Assembly: GCA_016288795.1 (NCBI GenBank)
Contig: JAEELI010000005.1
Location: 268-64,267, forward strand
DNA: 64,000 bases
Direction: 5' to 3'
Source: Bacillales bacterium
GTDB taxonomy: Bacteria > Bacillota_I > Bacilli_A > RF39 > UBA660
Shown here: one piece after another, positions 1-9,249 of the stretch
How the letters are laid out: the number at the start of each line of letters is the position of its first letter
Numbering within the stretch: the stretch's first letter is position 1
Notes under the pieces: model-generated
Databases searched by the model: none
The model's input: the letters and a program-made list of their open reading frames with translations, nothing else
Told to the model about the DNA's origin: nothing
Position numbers and translations under genes: made by a program

Positions 1-251
1 TTATCTCCAAATTTCTTGTTTGTTATATCTTCCATTTTAGCTATGTACTCATTTATTTGTTTTTGAATATCTTTATTGATTTCTTTTCCATCTTCATAAT
101 ACTTAGTACATGCTTCTGTAGTGATTGTAAATCCTTGAGGAACTGGTAGACCAATATGAGTCATTTCAGCTAAGTTAGCTCCCTTACCACCAAGTAATTC
201 ACGCATATCTTTATTACCCTCACTAAATAGGTAAACATATTTTTTTGCCAT
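1..251 (-). CDS. ppdK: pyruvate, phosphate dikinase, N-terminal fragment (the gene continues beyond the window start)
   Basis: Reverse-strand translation from the ATG at 249-251 gives MAKKYVYLFSEGNKDMRELLGGKGANLAEMTHIGLPVPQGFTITTEAC..., the canonical PPDK N-terminus. The frame stays open to the window edge. Confidence 0.75.
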   Translation of the reverse strand, partial: MAKKYVYLFSEGNKDMRELLGGKGANLAEMTHIGLPVPQGFTITTEACTKYYEDGKEINKDIQKQINEYIAKMEDITNKKFGD

Positions 252-323
252 TAAAAAGCCTCCTAAGGTCTATTTTATCACAAAGAGTAAATTGAAATTA
301 AAAAAACGTCAAATCTTGACATT

Positions 324-1220
324 TTATTTACGGTCTTTGTTGTGATGAAATTCTAAATAAGCCTTTCTTAATCTTTCATTACTAACATGAGTATATATCT
401 CAGTGGTTTTTAAATTCTCATGACCTAATAATTCTTGAACACTTCTTAAATCAGCACCATTATCCAATAAATGAGTTGCATAAGTGTGTCTAAGTGTATG
501 GGGAGATATTTTATGATTTATACTAGATTTCTTTATTATTTTATTAATGATATATTCTATACTTTCTCTACTTAAGTGACCCCCAAGATTATTTATAAAT
601 AAATAATCTATTGGTCCTTTTTTTAATAGTCTTTCTCGAACTTTTAAATACTTTATTAATATATCTTCAAATGTTTCACCATAATATACAATTCTTTCTT
701 TATTACCTTTGCCTGTAACTCTAATAGATTTAGTATTTTGATCAATATTCAGAAGTTTTAAATTACTGGCTTCACTTGCTCTAAGTCCAGTTGAATATAA
801 AAGCTCAAATACACACTTATCTCTAATATCTTGGGGACTTTTTTCTTCTATACTATCAAGAATATCTTCTATTTCAACAATATTTAAATAATTAGGTAAT
901 TTCTTTTCTACCTTAGGGTTTTTAACCCTTTTGAATATATTATTATCTAATAGTTTTATATCTACTAAATAATTATAAAAGCTTCTTAAAGAACTCAAAA
1001 AATTAGATATAGATTTGGAATTATATTTAAGACTATCTAGATACTCTAAATAACCAAGTATATCTTTTTTATTAATTTTTAGATAATTTAAAGATTTAGA
1101 GTTCAAATAATCTTTATATATATTTAAATCTTTTTCATAAGATTCAATTGTTAATAAAGAATAATTTAATTCTTTTAAAGAATACTCTAAATATTTTTTT
1201 ATTGCTTCTTCTATCTTCAT
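324..1220 (-). CDS. tyrosine site-specific recombinase, XerC/XerD/CodV family
   Basis: The C-terminus HTLRHTYATHLLDNGADLRSVQELLGHENLKTTEIYTHV carries the R..H..R..Y catalytic signature of XerC/D. The ORF extends to 1238 via a TTG codon, but the likely start is the ATG at 1220 (MKIEEAIKKY). No SD is visible. Confidence 0.7.
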   Translation of the reverse strand: MKIEEAIKKYLEYSLKELNYSLLTIESYEKDLNIYKDYLNSKSLNYLKINKKDILGYLEYLDSLKYNSKSISNFLSSLRSFYNYLVDIKLLDNNIFKRVKNPKVEKKLPNYLNIVEIEDILDSIEEKSPQDIRDKCVFELLYSTGLRASEASNLKLLNIDQNTKSIRVTGKGNKERIVYYGETFEDILIKYLKVRERLLKKGPIDYLFINNLGGHLSRESIEYIINKIIKKSSINHKISPHTLRHTYATHLLDNGADLRSVQELLGHENLKTTEIYTHVSNERLRKAYLEFHHNKDRK

Positions 1221-1252
1221 AACTAAATTATATAACAAAAAAAATTAAATGA

Positions 1253-1822
1253 CTATTCTTTATCATTTAATTTTTTACTTCTAATTAATGCATCTTTTTG
1301 ATTTTTAGTATGTTCATCATATAAAACAAAGTATATATGACGTGAATATGTATGAGGAATTATACCTATAAGCATTTGAATAATATCAGTTGAATTTGTT
1401 TTTAAGGCACTACGCATAGATGCAAGTAATTGCTCTTTAGATTCATTAGATATATCCAATCTATTTAAAGCATTTCTAAAATTGCTATATACTTTATCTT
1501 TTAATGCTTGATTAAATTCAGCACTATTTAAGACATTAGTCATATTAACATATACTTCTTTAGTTAAGACAGGTAAGCAATGTTTAAAATTACTAACTAT
1601 CTTTAATGAGCCATTTAAATAGTCTTTAGTAACTATATTAGTTCTCGCTACTGATTCTTTAATCTCTTGTTCAGTCCAATTACTAGCAAAATTATCAATG
1701 CTTGCTATAGAATCATCAAGATTATAATGGTTTTCATCATAAATATCTAGTTTATTAATATCAATAATTGAATTATCGCCAGGTCTTTTTTCTAATGCCA
1801 AAAAATACTTTACTGATTCCAT
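1253..1822 (-). CDS. hypothetical protein (about 189 aa)
   Basis: Long ORF. The strong RBS AAGGAGGAAAGAAT sits in front of the internal ATG at 1822 (MESVKYFLALEK...), so the ORF-track start at 1861 is probably upstream of the true start. No recognisable motif. Confidence 0.5.
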   Translation of the reverse strand: MESVKYFLALEKRPGDNSIIDINKLDIYDENHYNLDDSIASIDNFASNWTEQEIKESVARTNIVTKDYLNGSLKIVSNFKHCLPVLTKEVYVNMTNVLNSAEFNQALKDKVYSNFRNALNRLDISNESKEQLLASMRSALKTNSTDIIQMLIGIIPHTYSRHIYFVLYDEHTKNQKDALIRSKKLNDKE

Positions 1823-1913
1823 ATTCTTTCCTCCTTTACAAGGAGTTATATTATAGCACAAAGGGTCTAAATTGTCTACATACCAAACAAAAAATGTTGA
1901 TTTCTCAACATTT

Positions 1914-2792
1914 TTAATTACCTTTAACTTGGTTCATTACTTCCTCGGCAAAGTTATCATTTCTTTTTTCCATTCCTTCACCAACTTCATAACGAATCAT
2001 TTTTAGAACCTCTCCACCATTGTCAGCTACAAACTTTGCAACAGATATATCTCCATCTTTTACAAATGGTTGTTCAACTAAGCAAACTTCTTTGTAATAT
2101 TTTTTAATTCTTCCTTCAACCATTTTTTCGGCTATGTCTGCTGGTTTTCCTTCATTCATTGCGAGTTCCTTTTGAACTTTTCTTTCATTTTCTAAAACAT
2201 CACTAGGAACATCCTCTATTTTTAAATATAAAGGTTTCATTGCAGCTGCTTGCATTGATACATCTTTTGCAACTTCTTCATTAGTTCCTTTTAAAACAGT
2301 TAATGCTGCAATTTTGCCACCCATATGTAAGTATTTACCAAATACTTCATCATCATTTTTATTAAATAATTCAAATCTTCTTAGTGATAATTTTTCACCA
2401 ATTTTAGAAATCATTTCAACTATATAGTCAGCAATTGATCCTGAACCAGTATCAACCTTCATTGCTTCGTCTAAATCTTTAGCAGAACTTTTCAATAGTG
2501 AGTTTCCAATAACATCTATCATATTGATAAATGCTTCGTTTTTTGATACAAAATCAGTTTCAGAATTAACTTCTAAGATAACAGCTTTATTTCCATCAAT
2601 AAATATGTTAGCTAATCCTTCAGCAGCAATACGACTTTCTTTTTTAGCAGATTTAGCAATTCCTTTTTCTCTAAGGTAATTCATTGCTGCATCCATATCT
2701 CCATTACATTCAGATAATGCTTTTTTACAATCCATCATTCCTGCACCTGAAGTTTCACGTAATTCTTTAACCATACTTGCAGTAATTTCCAT
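1914..2792 (-). CDS. tsf: elongation factor Ts
   Basis: MEITASMVKELRETSGAGMMDCKKAL is the conserved EF-Ts N-terminus. Length is 292 aa, and the gene is adjacent to rpsB as in most bacteria. Confidence 0.9.
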   Translation of the reverse strand: MEITASMVKELRETSGAGMMDCKKALSECNGDMDAAMNYLREKGIAKSAKKESRIAAEGLANIFIDGNKAVILEVNSETDFVSKNEAFINMIDVIGNSLLKSSAKDLDEAMKVDTGSGSIADYIVEMISKIGEKLSLRRFELFNKNDDEVFGKYLHMGGKIAALTVLKGTNEEVAKDVSMQAAAMKPLYLKIEDVPSDVLENERKVQKELAMNEGKPADIAEKMVEGRIKKYYKEVCLVEQPFVKDGDISVAKFVADNGGEVLKMIRYEVGEGMEKRNDNFAEEVMNQVKGN

Positions 2793-2809
2793 ATATATCC
2801 TCCTTTTTA

Positions 2810-3886
2810 TTATTTTAAATTTTTAATTAATTCATCTTTTTTCATAGTGCTATATCCCTTTAATCCTTGTTCTTTAGCAACTTTCTTTAATTCAACTAAA
2901 GTCATTGCACTATAATCAACTTTTGGAGTTTTTTCAGCTTTCTTAGTTTCCTTTTTAGGAGCGTCAGCTTTTTTTACTTCCTTTTTATCTTCTTTATTTT
3001 CTTCTTTTTTAGTTTCTTTTACTTCTTCTTTAACTTTGATTTCTTTCTTAGGTTCTTTAACTTCTTTAACTTCTTTTTTATCCTCTACTTCAGTATCATC
3101 TTTTTTAGCCTTATCAAAGTTTTCAGATTTAATTAATTCTTCCATTCTTGTTTCTTCTTTAGTTGCTCCCTTTTTATCTTCTTCAGATATATAATCTACT
3201 AATTCTAATCCATTTGCTTCACAGATTGCATTATTAAGAACTCCTAGCATAACTCTGATAGAACGAACTGCATCATCATTTCCAGGAATAACAAAATCTA
3301 CATCATCTGGATCACCATTAGTATCCACAATACCAAATACAGGTATTTTTAATTTTCTAGCTTCTTTAACTGCATTAAATTCTTTCTTAGGATCTACTAC
3401 TATTAAAGCTTGTGGTAATTTTTCCATTTCTCTAATACCACATAGAATTTTATTTAGTTTATCGTATTCTTTCTTTAAACCAATAACTTCTTTTTTAGGT
3501 AGCATTTCAAACTTACCACTTTTTTCCATTTCTTCAATTTCTTCAAGTCTTTTTACACGACGACGAATAGTTCTAAAGTTAGTAAGTGTTCCTCCTAACC
3601 ATCTTTCAGTAACATAGAAAGATTTACTTCTTAATGCTTCTTCTTGACAAACTTCTCCAGCTTGTTTCTTAGTTCCAACAAATAGGAACTTTCCTCCATT
3701 CTCAGCAATTGTCTTAATTTCATTATAAGATTCCTCTAACAATGCTTGAGTTTTTTGCAAGTCAATGATATATATATCCTCTCTTGCAGTCCAGATATAC
3801 TCTTTCATCTTTGGATTCCATCTCTTAGTTTGATGTCCAAAATGAACTCCAGCTTCTAATAAATAACTCATAGAAACTACGGCCAT
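2810..3886 (-). CDS. rpsB: 30S ribosomal protein S2 with a long Lys/Glu-rich C-terminal extension ending in a Rho_N/SAP-like helix-hairpin motif
   Basis: From the ATG at 3886: [27 protein letters not shown]..., the S2 signature. About 110 extra C-terminal residues ([22 protein letters not shown]...) end with [31 protein letters not shown]. Confidence 0.85.
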   Translation of the reverse strand: MAVVSMSYLLEAGVHFGHQTKRWNPKMKEYIWTAREDIYIIDLQKTQALLEESYNEIKTIAENGGKFLFVGTKKQAGEVCQEEALRSKSFYVTERWLGGTLTNFRTIRRRVKRLEEIEEMEKSGKFEMLPKKEVIGLKKEYDKLNKILCGIREMEKLPQALIVVDPKKEFNAVKEARKLKIPVFGIVDTNGDPDDVDFVIPGNDDAVRSIRVMLGVLNNAICEANGLELVDYISEEDKKGATKEETRMEELIKSENFDKAKKDDTEVEDKKEVKEVKEPKKEIKVKEEVKETKKEENKEDKKEVKKADAPKKETKKAEKTPKVDYSAMTLVELKKVAKEQGLKGYSTMKKDELIKNLK

Positions 3887-4036
3887 AAAATAATCACTCT
3901 TCCTTTCGTTTTTCTTCTTAGTTTTATCTTCATTTAACACCACTATAAATAGCACTCGACATTAAACTAAAAACTAATGTTTATTTGCTTTTAAAGCCAA
4001 AATTATTTTATCAAATTATTATATTTAATACAAGTA

Positions 4037-5080
4037 TTAATTATCTTTATTATCTCCATTATCACTATTTGGAATTAATCTTCTAATTAATTCATCAGAA
4101 GGTTCATCTTCCAGCTTAGAAAGTTCGTAGCTTAATGCTGCCAGCAATAATTCTGCAGGATCCGGATTCTCCGGATCAATTATATGTAAGTCTTCTGGAT
4201 TTTCAACTTTCTTTTTCTTACTTTCATTCAATGTTAACTCCATATTCAAATTAACTAATGCAAATAAATATTTCATTTGAATATCATTTAAATAGTTAAT
4301 ATATAAACCAATATATGTATATTTAAAGTTTTCATTTTCTAAAACATCTTTATAATATTCTTCTAATTCATATTCAGGTGAAAGTATTTGAAACACATCT
4401 AATTTAGCGGCTATTTTTTTAGGTGTTAATGATGCCATTATTCCTAAATTATCTAAGTATTCTCTATCAGTAACTACATTATCTGTTAATAGAACATCTT
4501 TAAATACGTCTATTTCTATATCGTAGTCTCCATCATCATCTACTAAAACAAAAGTCTTATCATGATAATATGAAGTTAATAAAGTTAATGATCCATCTTT
4601 ATTTTCTATTAATTCATCATAGTCTTCGGTTCGAACTTCATCTTCTATGCAATATCTTTCAACTTCATCTTCTTGACATCTAGTATTATGAACTAATTTA
4701 TAACGTAATCTAAGCGGAAAAAATAGTTCTAATTGAGGATGCATATAAGACGGAGCTTCATTAAATACTTTGTTTCGATAATTAATAATCTTTTGAATAT
4801 TACCTTCCCTTATTAACTCTAAATATGTATTGCAATCATCCTTAAGTTTTTTTAAACTGTGAGGTCGAAAATCAACTTCATCAATAATATTCATATCAAA
4901 GTCAATATTAGCCTTATTAAGATTATTAATTAAGCCCACTATATCTGATATAAGAGTTAACAACTCTAAACTTTTTGAATATAACGCTTGAACTTCATCA
5001 GTATCCAATTCCTCTTCAACCATATTATTTATGGTTGAATTATACTTTTTAAAATTTTTAAAAGACTCAATAAACTTCAT
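4037..5080 (-). CDS. hypothetical acidic cytoplasmic protein, translationally coupled to queH
   Basis: The ATG at 5078-5080 overlaps the queH stop (ATGA on the minus strand). The protein is rich in D/E with no TM segment and no recognised motif. Confidence 0.55.
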   Translation of the reverse strand: MKFIESFKNFKKYNSTINNMVEEELDTDEVQALYSKSLELLTLISDIVGLINNLNKANIDFDMNIIDEVDFRPHSLKKLKDDCNTYLELIREGNIQKIINYRNKVFNEAPSYMHPQLELFFPLRLRYKLVHNTRCQEDEVERYCIEDEVRTEDYDELIENKDGSLTLLTSYYHDKTFVLVDDDGDYDIEIDVFKDVLLTDNVVTDREYLDNLGIMASLTPKKIAAKLDVFQILSPEYELEEYYKDVLENENFKYTYIGLYINYLNDIQMKYLFALVNLNMELTLNESKKKKVENPEDLHIIDPENPDPAELLLAALSYELSKLEDEPSDELIRRLIPNSDNGDNKDN

Positions 5081-5706
5081 ACTTCCCCCTCGTCTTTTCG
5101 TTTGCTTAATAAGCATCCACAGTAATCTTGCCTATATAAATTGTATTTTTTAGACAACTCTATAGATTTTTTATAACCATCATTTTTCTTGAAATCACTA
5201 TATAACCATCTGATTTTGTGTTTTTCTCCTAAGCTTTCCCCAATTTTATTAATAACTTGAGCATTTTTATATGGACTTACAGTTAAAGTGGTTCCAAAAA
5301 AATCATATTTTTTATTATATGCTATTTCAGCACATTTGTTAAGTCTAAATTCATAACATATATGACATCTTGCTCCACCCTCTTTATCCTTTTCATGGCC
5401 ATCAATTAATCTTCTGTAATCATCATTATTATATTCAGAGTCCATAAATGATAAATAAGGTATATTTAATTCTTTAATTAATCTAATCTGTTCTTGTTTT
5501 CTTTTTTCATATTCCCCTAGGGGCTCTATATTAGGATTATAATATAGAATTGTAATATCAAAGTAATCCTTTAAATAACTAATCACTTGGCTAGAACAAG
5601 GGCCACAACAACTATGTAATAATAACTTAGGTCTAGATTCTAAACTAGATATTATTTCTTGACATTTCTTATCATAATTAACTTTTTCATTATTCATAGA
5701 GGACAC
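5077..5706 (-). CDS. queH: epoxyqueuosine reductase QueH (DUF208 family)
   Basis: LLLHSCCGPCSS cysteine motif plus the downstream CHICY and CGC cysteines typical of QueH/DUF208. Length about 209 aa. Confidence 0.7.
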   Translation of the reverse strand: MSSMNNEKVNYDKKCQEIISSLESRPKLLLHSCCGPCSSQVISYLKDYFDITILYYNPNIEPLGEYEKRKQEQIRLIKELNIPYLSFMDSEYNNDDYRRLIDGHEKDKEGGARCHICYEFRLNKCAEIAYNKKYDFFGTTLTVSPYKNAQVINKIGESLGEKHKIRWLYSDFKKNDGYKKSIELSKKYNLYRQDYCGCLLSKRKDEGEV

Positions 5707-5758
5707 ATCCGTTTTTAATTATACTACATGTTTATAGTAAATCACAAAAAAATATCAG

Positions 5759-7519
5759 CTATGAAGCTGACATTTTTATTTTCATTTCTGATAATTTACC
5801 AACTATGATACGATCTGGAACACCTGAACCATTTAGATTAGAGCCAAAGGTGACAGGAACATCAAAGCATTTAGATGTATTGAAATCACTTATATCTGGG
5901 TAATTACCAAGTTCGAGTATCTGGCTAAAATCTGCTTGATAGTACAAAACGTCAGATTTTCTAATTATATTTATTCTAGTTGTTGATTTATTAAGCTGCA
6001 CGGTCGAGACGTGGCCTGTTCCATATTTGTATGCCAGTTCATAGTTATTCCCCTGCTTTCTGACATAAATACCTGGGTAATACGAATCTCCCTCGTTTTT
6101 AGCATTAAATAATGTTGCTTGATTATAACTTTGGTTAGTAAAATCGAATTCGTTAATAACAAACGAAACTACGAAATCCTTGTGAAGATTTGCTAAACTA
6201 AATAGACTTACATCGGCAGAAACCGAAGAAGTTCCAGTTCCATCAAATACGTGGATAGCAGGACTTGAGAACGCTTCTGTTAAAGTTCCTCCAACGAAAT
6301 CTTCTATTGCATCATCTATCATTTTATAAATGTTACTACCGTCATCAACAAATCTAACATACATGTCCGAAACTTCAGCATCTAAGAATCTACTAGGCAT
6401 TGGATCGCCATTTGAATCAAAACTAACACCAAAAGTAACTGGAGTATCGAAGGTTTGAGATAATGTTGAAACATCTAAGACAAACACTGGTAAATCATCG
6501 TTTAAAATGTAATAAACTTTGCCATTATAACGAACTATTTTGAATGTTTCAACTTCATCGGGTTCAAAACTCAATTTAACAGATTTAATTCCATTACCAA
6601 CTTGGAAGAACCATTTATAGTTTTGAATTCTAAATGTAATACCCGGATAAGGTGCTGCCTCAAGCAATGAATTAATAACTGTATTACTTTGAGCATTACC
6701 AAATCTAGAACTATCAATATCTAATATTGTGAATCCCATTTCAAAATCTTTTAAATAATTTTCTTCACTAAATAATCTAATACCAGTATCAATATAATCT
6801 GATCCACCAAAATCCATATAATCTTCCGTAAATGCATCTATATCAAGACTTTCGCCATCTTCAATCAAAGATAAAATACTCTTAAATGGTTTATTACTTG
6901 TTCCAGTTGCGTTTTCATCTATCCATAACCAAATTTTATATGATATAGAAGACGCTGCGGGGATAGCTACACTATCAATAACATAATTTGATTTAGTTGT
7001 GTAAGTATTTAAAGATGTATCATCTTGTATTTTATTTGCTATATATGTTGCACTTATTCCATTACTCTCAAACTCTTGCAATTCAGTCAAAGCTTGAGCT
7101 TCTAAAAATTGTTCATAATTTCCAGAACCAATTTTTTTCTCAACATAAGCCTTCATTTTACTGTTTTCTATATAAGTGCTACCATCAGATAAAGTTGTTA
7201 AACCAACATTATAATCAACATCGGTATTTGCACAATGATTAGTAACTATATAAGTTACTGGCGTTAAATTAGATTTAGCGTTTTGATCACTCATTGGCGA
7301 TGAACTACTAAACTCCAATATTTCCGGATCACTCATATCAATTGTTAAACAACTTATTGAAGAGGATGTTGTGGATACAATTGTCTCAGAAAAATTAACT
7401 GAATCATTAAAAAAGCCATGTGAAAAACGAACAACCAAAAAGATTAAAACGAATATAATCGCTTGGTTTGCTAGAATCAATACTTTTATCCATTTTTCGT
7501 TCTTAAATACTTTTTTCAT
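5759..7519 (-). CDS. hypothetical secreted/surface protein with an N-terminal signal-anchor
   Basis: 586 aa. The N-terminus KWIKVLILANQAIIFVLIFLVV is a single TM helix or uncleaved signal. The rest is Ser/Thr/Asn-rich with no catalytic motif. Confidence 0.6.
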   Translation of the reverse strand: MKKVFKNEKWIKVLILANQAIIFVLIFLVVRFSHGFFNDSVNFSETIVSTTSSSISCLTIDMSDPEILEFSSSSPMSDQNAKSNLTPVTYIVTNHCANTDVDYNVGLTTLSDGSTYIENSKMKAYVEKKIGSGNYEQFLEAQALTELQEFESNGISATYIANKIQDDTSLNTYTTKSNYVIDSVAIPAASSISYKIWLWIDENATGTSNKPFKSILSLIEDGESLDIDAFTEDYMDFGGSDYIDTGIRLFSEENYLKDFEMGFTILDIDSSRFGNAQSNTVINSLLEAAPYPGITFRIQNYKWFFQVGNGIKSVKLSFEPDEVETFKIVRYNGKVYYILNDDLPVFVLDVSTLSQTFDTPVTFGVSFDSNGDPMPSRFLDAEVSDMYVRFVDDGSNIYKMIDDAIEDFVGGTLTEAFSSPAIHVFDGTGTSSVSADVSLFSLANLHKDFVVSFVINEFDFTNQSYNQATLFNAKNEGDSYYPGIYVRKQGNNYELAYKYGTGHVSTVQLNKSTTRINIIRKSDVLYYQADFSQILELGNYPDISDFNTSKCFDVPVTFGSNLNGSGVPDRIIVGKLSEMKIKMSAS

Positions 7520-7569
7520 TCCTAGTATCCTCTTTATAATTATAAAGTACTTTACACAATATTATAAGT

Positions 7570-7603
7570 TAAAAAGAAACGGTTTACATTAATTTTCCGT
7601 TTC
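7570..7603 (-). terminator. weak terminator-like hairpin at the divIB stop
   Basis: GAAACGG-14 nt loop-CCGTTTC (7576-7603) overlapping the last codons, followed on the minus strand by TTTTTAACT. The loop is large. Confidence 0.3.
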
Positions 7604-8365
7604 TGTTTCTTCAGTATTTTCGACTTCTTCTTTTTCAATTTCTGAACACTTATTAAAATGTTTATTCTCACTATTACTATCTAGATATAAACATCCTTTA
7701 ATTGGACCATTTTTATTAACTATACTTTCATATATATCTAAGTAACTATTAAACTTTTCTATATTAGTAGTATTTATATAAACAATATTACCATCATTCA
7801 TACGAAATAAAAATCTCTTATTATCCACTATTTTATCATTGATAATGCTAGGTGAATACTCTATTTCACTAACTATAGTTAAAACTTCTCTTTCAACAAT
7901 ATTTAGCTTTTTAATAAATTCTTCATATACTTCATCAGGCACATAATTAATTAGATTAGGAACTCCTAAGTAATCACTATTATATTCTATTTCTTTTCCA
8001 CTAGATAAAATCATTTTTTTATTATTCCAATTATAAAATAATATTTTATCTTCAACTACTTCTATTTTTAAAGTTCCCAAATAATTCTTATGAACCTTAG
8101 CATCACTAATTAATTCTAATTTCTTCAATTTCTTAATTATTGAACGAGAACTAACCTTAATTATTGATTCTTTACTTATATCTAAATAATCTATTAAATA
8201 ATTGTCTTTTAAATAATAATTTCCTGTTATTTCTATCTTTTTTATGGGATTTTTCCATAAAAAGTATAAAAAAGATAAGAAAATGTATGCAAGTAATAAA
8301 ACAATTACTAATCCTTTAAATCTAATCCTTTTTTTCTTTTTTCTTTCTTTCATGATTAATCCCAA
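7589..8365 (-). CDS. divIB: cell division protein DivIB/FtsQ (POTRA-type)
   Basis: The position immediately after murG-murB matches the B. subtilis murG-murB-divIB order. Basic N-terminus, then one TM (LVIVLLLAYIFLSFLYFLW), then an extracellular domain. The call rests on synteny and topology rather than a strict motif. Confidence 0.6.
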   Translation of the reverse strand: MGLIMKERKKKKRIRFKGLVIVLLLAYIFLSFLYFLWKNPIKKIEITGNYYLKDNYLIDYLDISKESIIKVSSRSIIKKLKKLELISDAKVHKNYLGTLKIEVVEDKILFYNWNNKKMILSSGKEIEYNSDYLGVPNLINYVPDEVYEEFIKKLNIVEREVLTIVSEIEYSPSIINDKIVDNKRFLFRMNDGNIVYINTTNIEKFNSYLDIYESIVNKNGPIKGCLYLDSNSENKHFNKCSEIEKEEVENTEETETEN

Positions 8366-9249
8366 TCTACTATTACTTGCTCTAGTTCTAACTCAATGTT
8401 ATATTTATCTTTAATAACTTTTTGAATATGTTTAATTAATTTCTTTATGTCATCACTAGTGGCATTACCACGATTAATGATAAAATTAGCATGCTTTTGC
8501 GATACTTCAGCATCATTTATTCGATATCCTTTTAAACCAGCAATATCGATTAATCTACCTGCTGAATCCATTGCGGGATTTTTGAATACACTTCCAGCAT
8601 TCTTAAACTCTAATGGTTGTGTATCCATTCTTCTAATTCTATTTTGCTTTACTATATCATTCATATCACTTATCTCGGCACTATCCATTTCAAAATAAGC
8701 TTTAACTATAATATCTGAGCTATCCTTAAACATACTCCATCTATATTCATATTTTAAATCTTTTTTGTCTATGTGGACCAATTTATGTTTTCTTATAACA
8801 TCAATACCCACAACATTATCATAGACTGTTCTTTCTTTTAATCCGGCATTTCCATATAATGCTCCCCCGAGCGTCCCTGGGATTAAGGAAACATACTCTA
8901 ATCCACTTAAACCTTTTTCAATACATTTTTTGGCTAAAGCTCCTAAAGCAACTCCGGATTCAGCAGATACTAAATTGTTATTAATTTCAATTTTATTTAG
9001 TAGAGATAAGTTAATTAATACGCCACTAAAAGGTTTATCAGGAAGAATAATATTAGAACCTCCCCCAAGAATATAATACTTAATTTTATTCTTGGATAAA
9101 TATTTTAATAATTTCAACAAATTGTCTATAGAATTTGGTTGAACAAAATATTTACTAGATGTTTTAATACCATAAGTGTTGTAATTTTCGAGTGCAAAGT
9201 TTTCATAAACTTTGCCATATTTTTCTAATTCATCAATCATTCTTAACAA
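8356..9249 (-). CDS. murB: UDP-N-acetylenolpyruvoylglucosamine reductase
   Basis: YYILGGGSNIILPD and GTLGGALYGNAG motifs of the MurB FAD-binding domain. 297 aa. Confidence 0.85.
   Translation of the reverse strand: MLRMIDELEKYGKVYENFALENYNTYGIKTSSKYFVQPNSIDNLLKLLKYLSKNKIKYYILGGGSNIILPDKPFSGVLINLSLLNKIEINNNLVSAESGVALGALAKKCIEKGLSGLEYVSLIPGTLGGALYGNAGLKERTVYDNVVGIDVIRKHKLVHIDKKDLKYEYRWSMFKDSSDIIVKAYFEMDSAEISDMNDIVKQNRIRRMDTQPLEFKNAGSVFKNPAMDSAGRLIDIAGLKGYRINDAEVSQKHANFIINRGNATSDDIKKLIKHIQKVIKDKYNIELELEQVIVDWD

Noticed and set aside
4610-4640. GGTTCGAAC motif resembling a tRNA T-arm.
   Set aside because: It lies inside a long, intact ORF (4037-5080). I could find no acceptor-stem, D-arm or anticodon-arm pairing in the flanking roughly 80 nt. 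No tRNA genes were detected anywhere in the window.
5971-6162. Short ORFs in the six-frame track lying inside or antisense to long annotated genes. Examples: 5971-6162, 6997-7242, 7371-7592, 8447-8698, 13646-13927, 15620-15814, 18550-18795, 20084-20299, 20743-21006, 25435-25731, 27706-27918, 28588-28788, 30110-30337, 32102-32329, 33854-34222, 37539-37736, 37878-38102, 47791-48189, 51185-51403, 57974-58351, 60941-61180, 61595-61879, 61870-62106 and 63515-63727.
   Set aside because: All are embedded in or antisense to much longer ORFs that have clear homology or coherent codon usage. In AT-rich DNA, antisense frames are often open by chance. None has an RBS or a recognisable motif.
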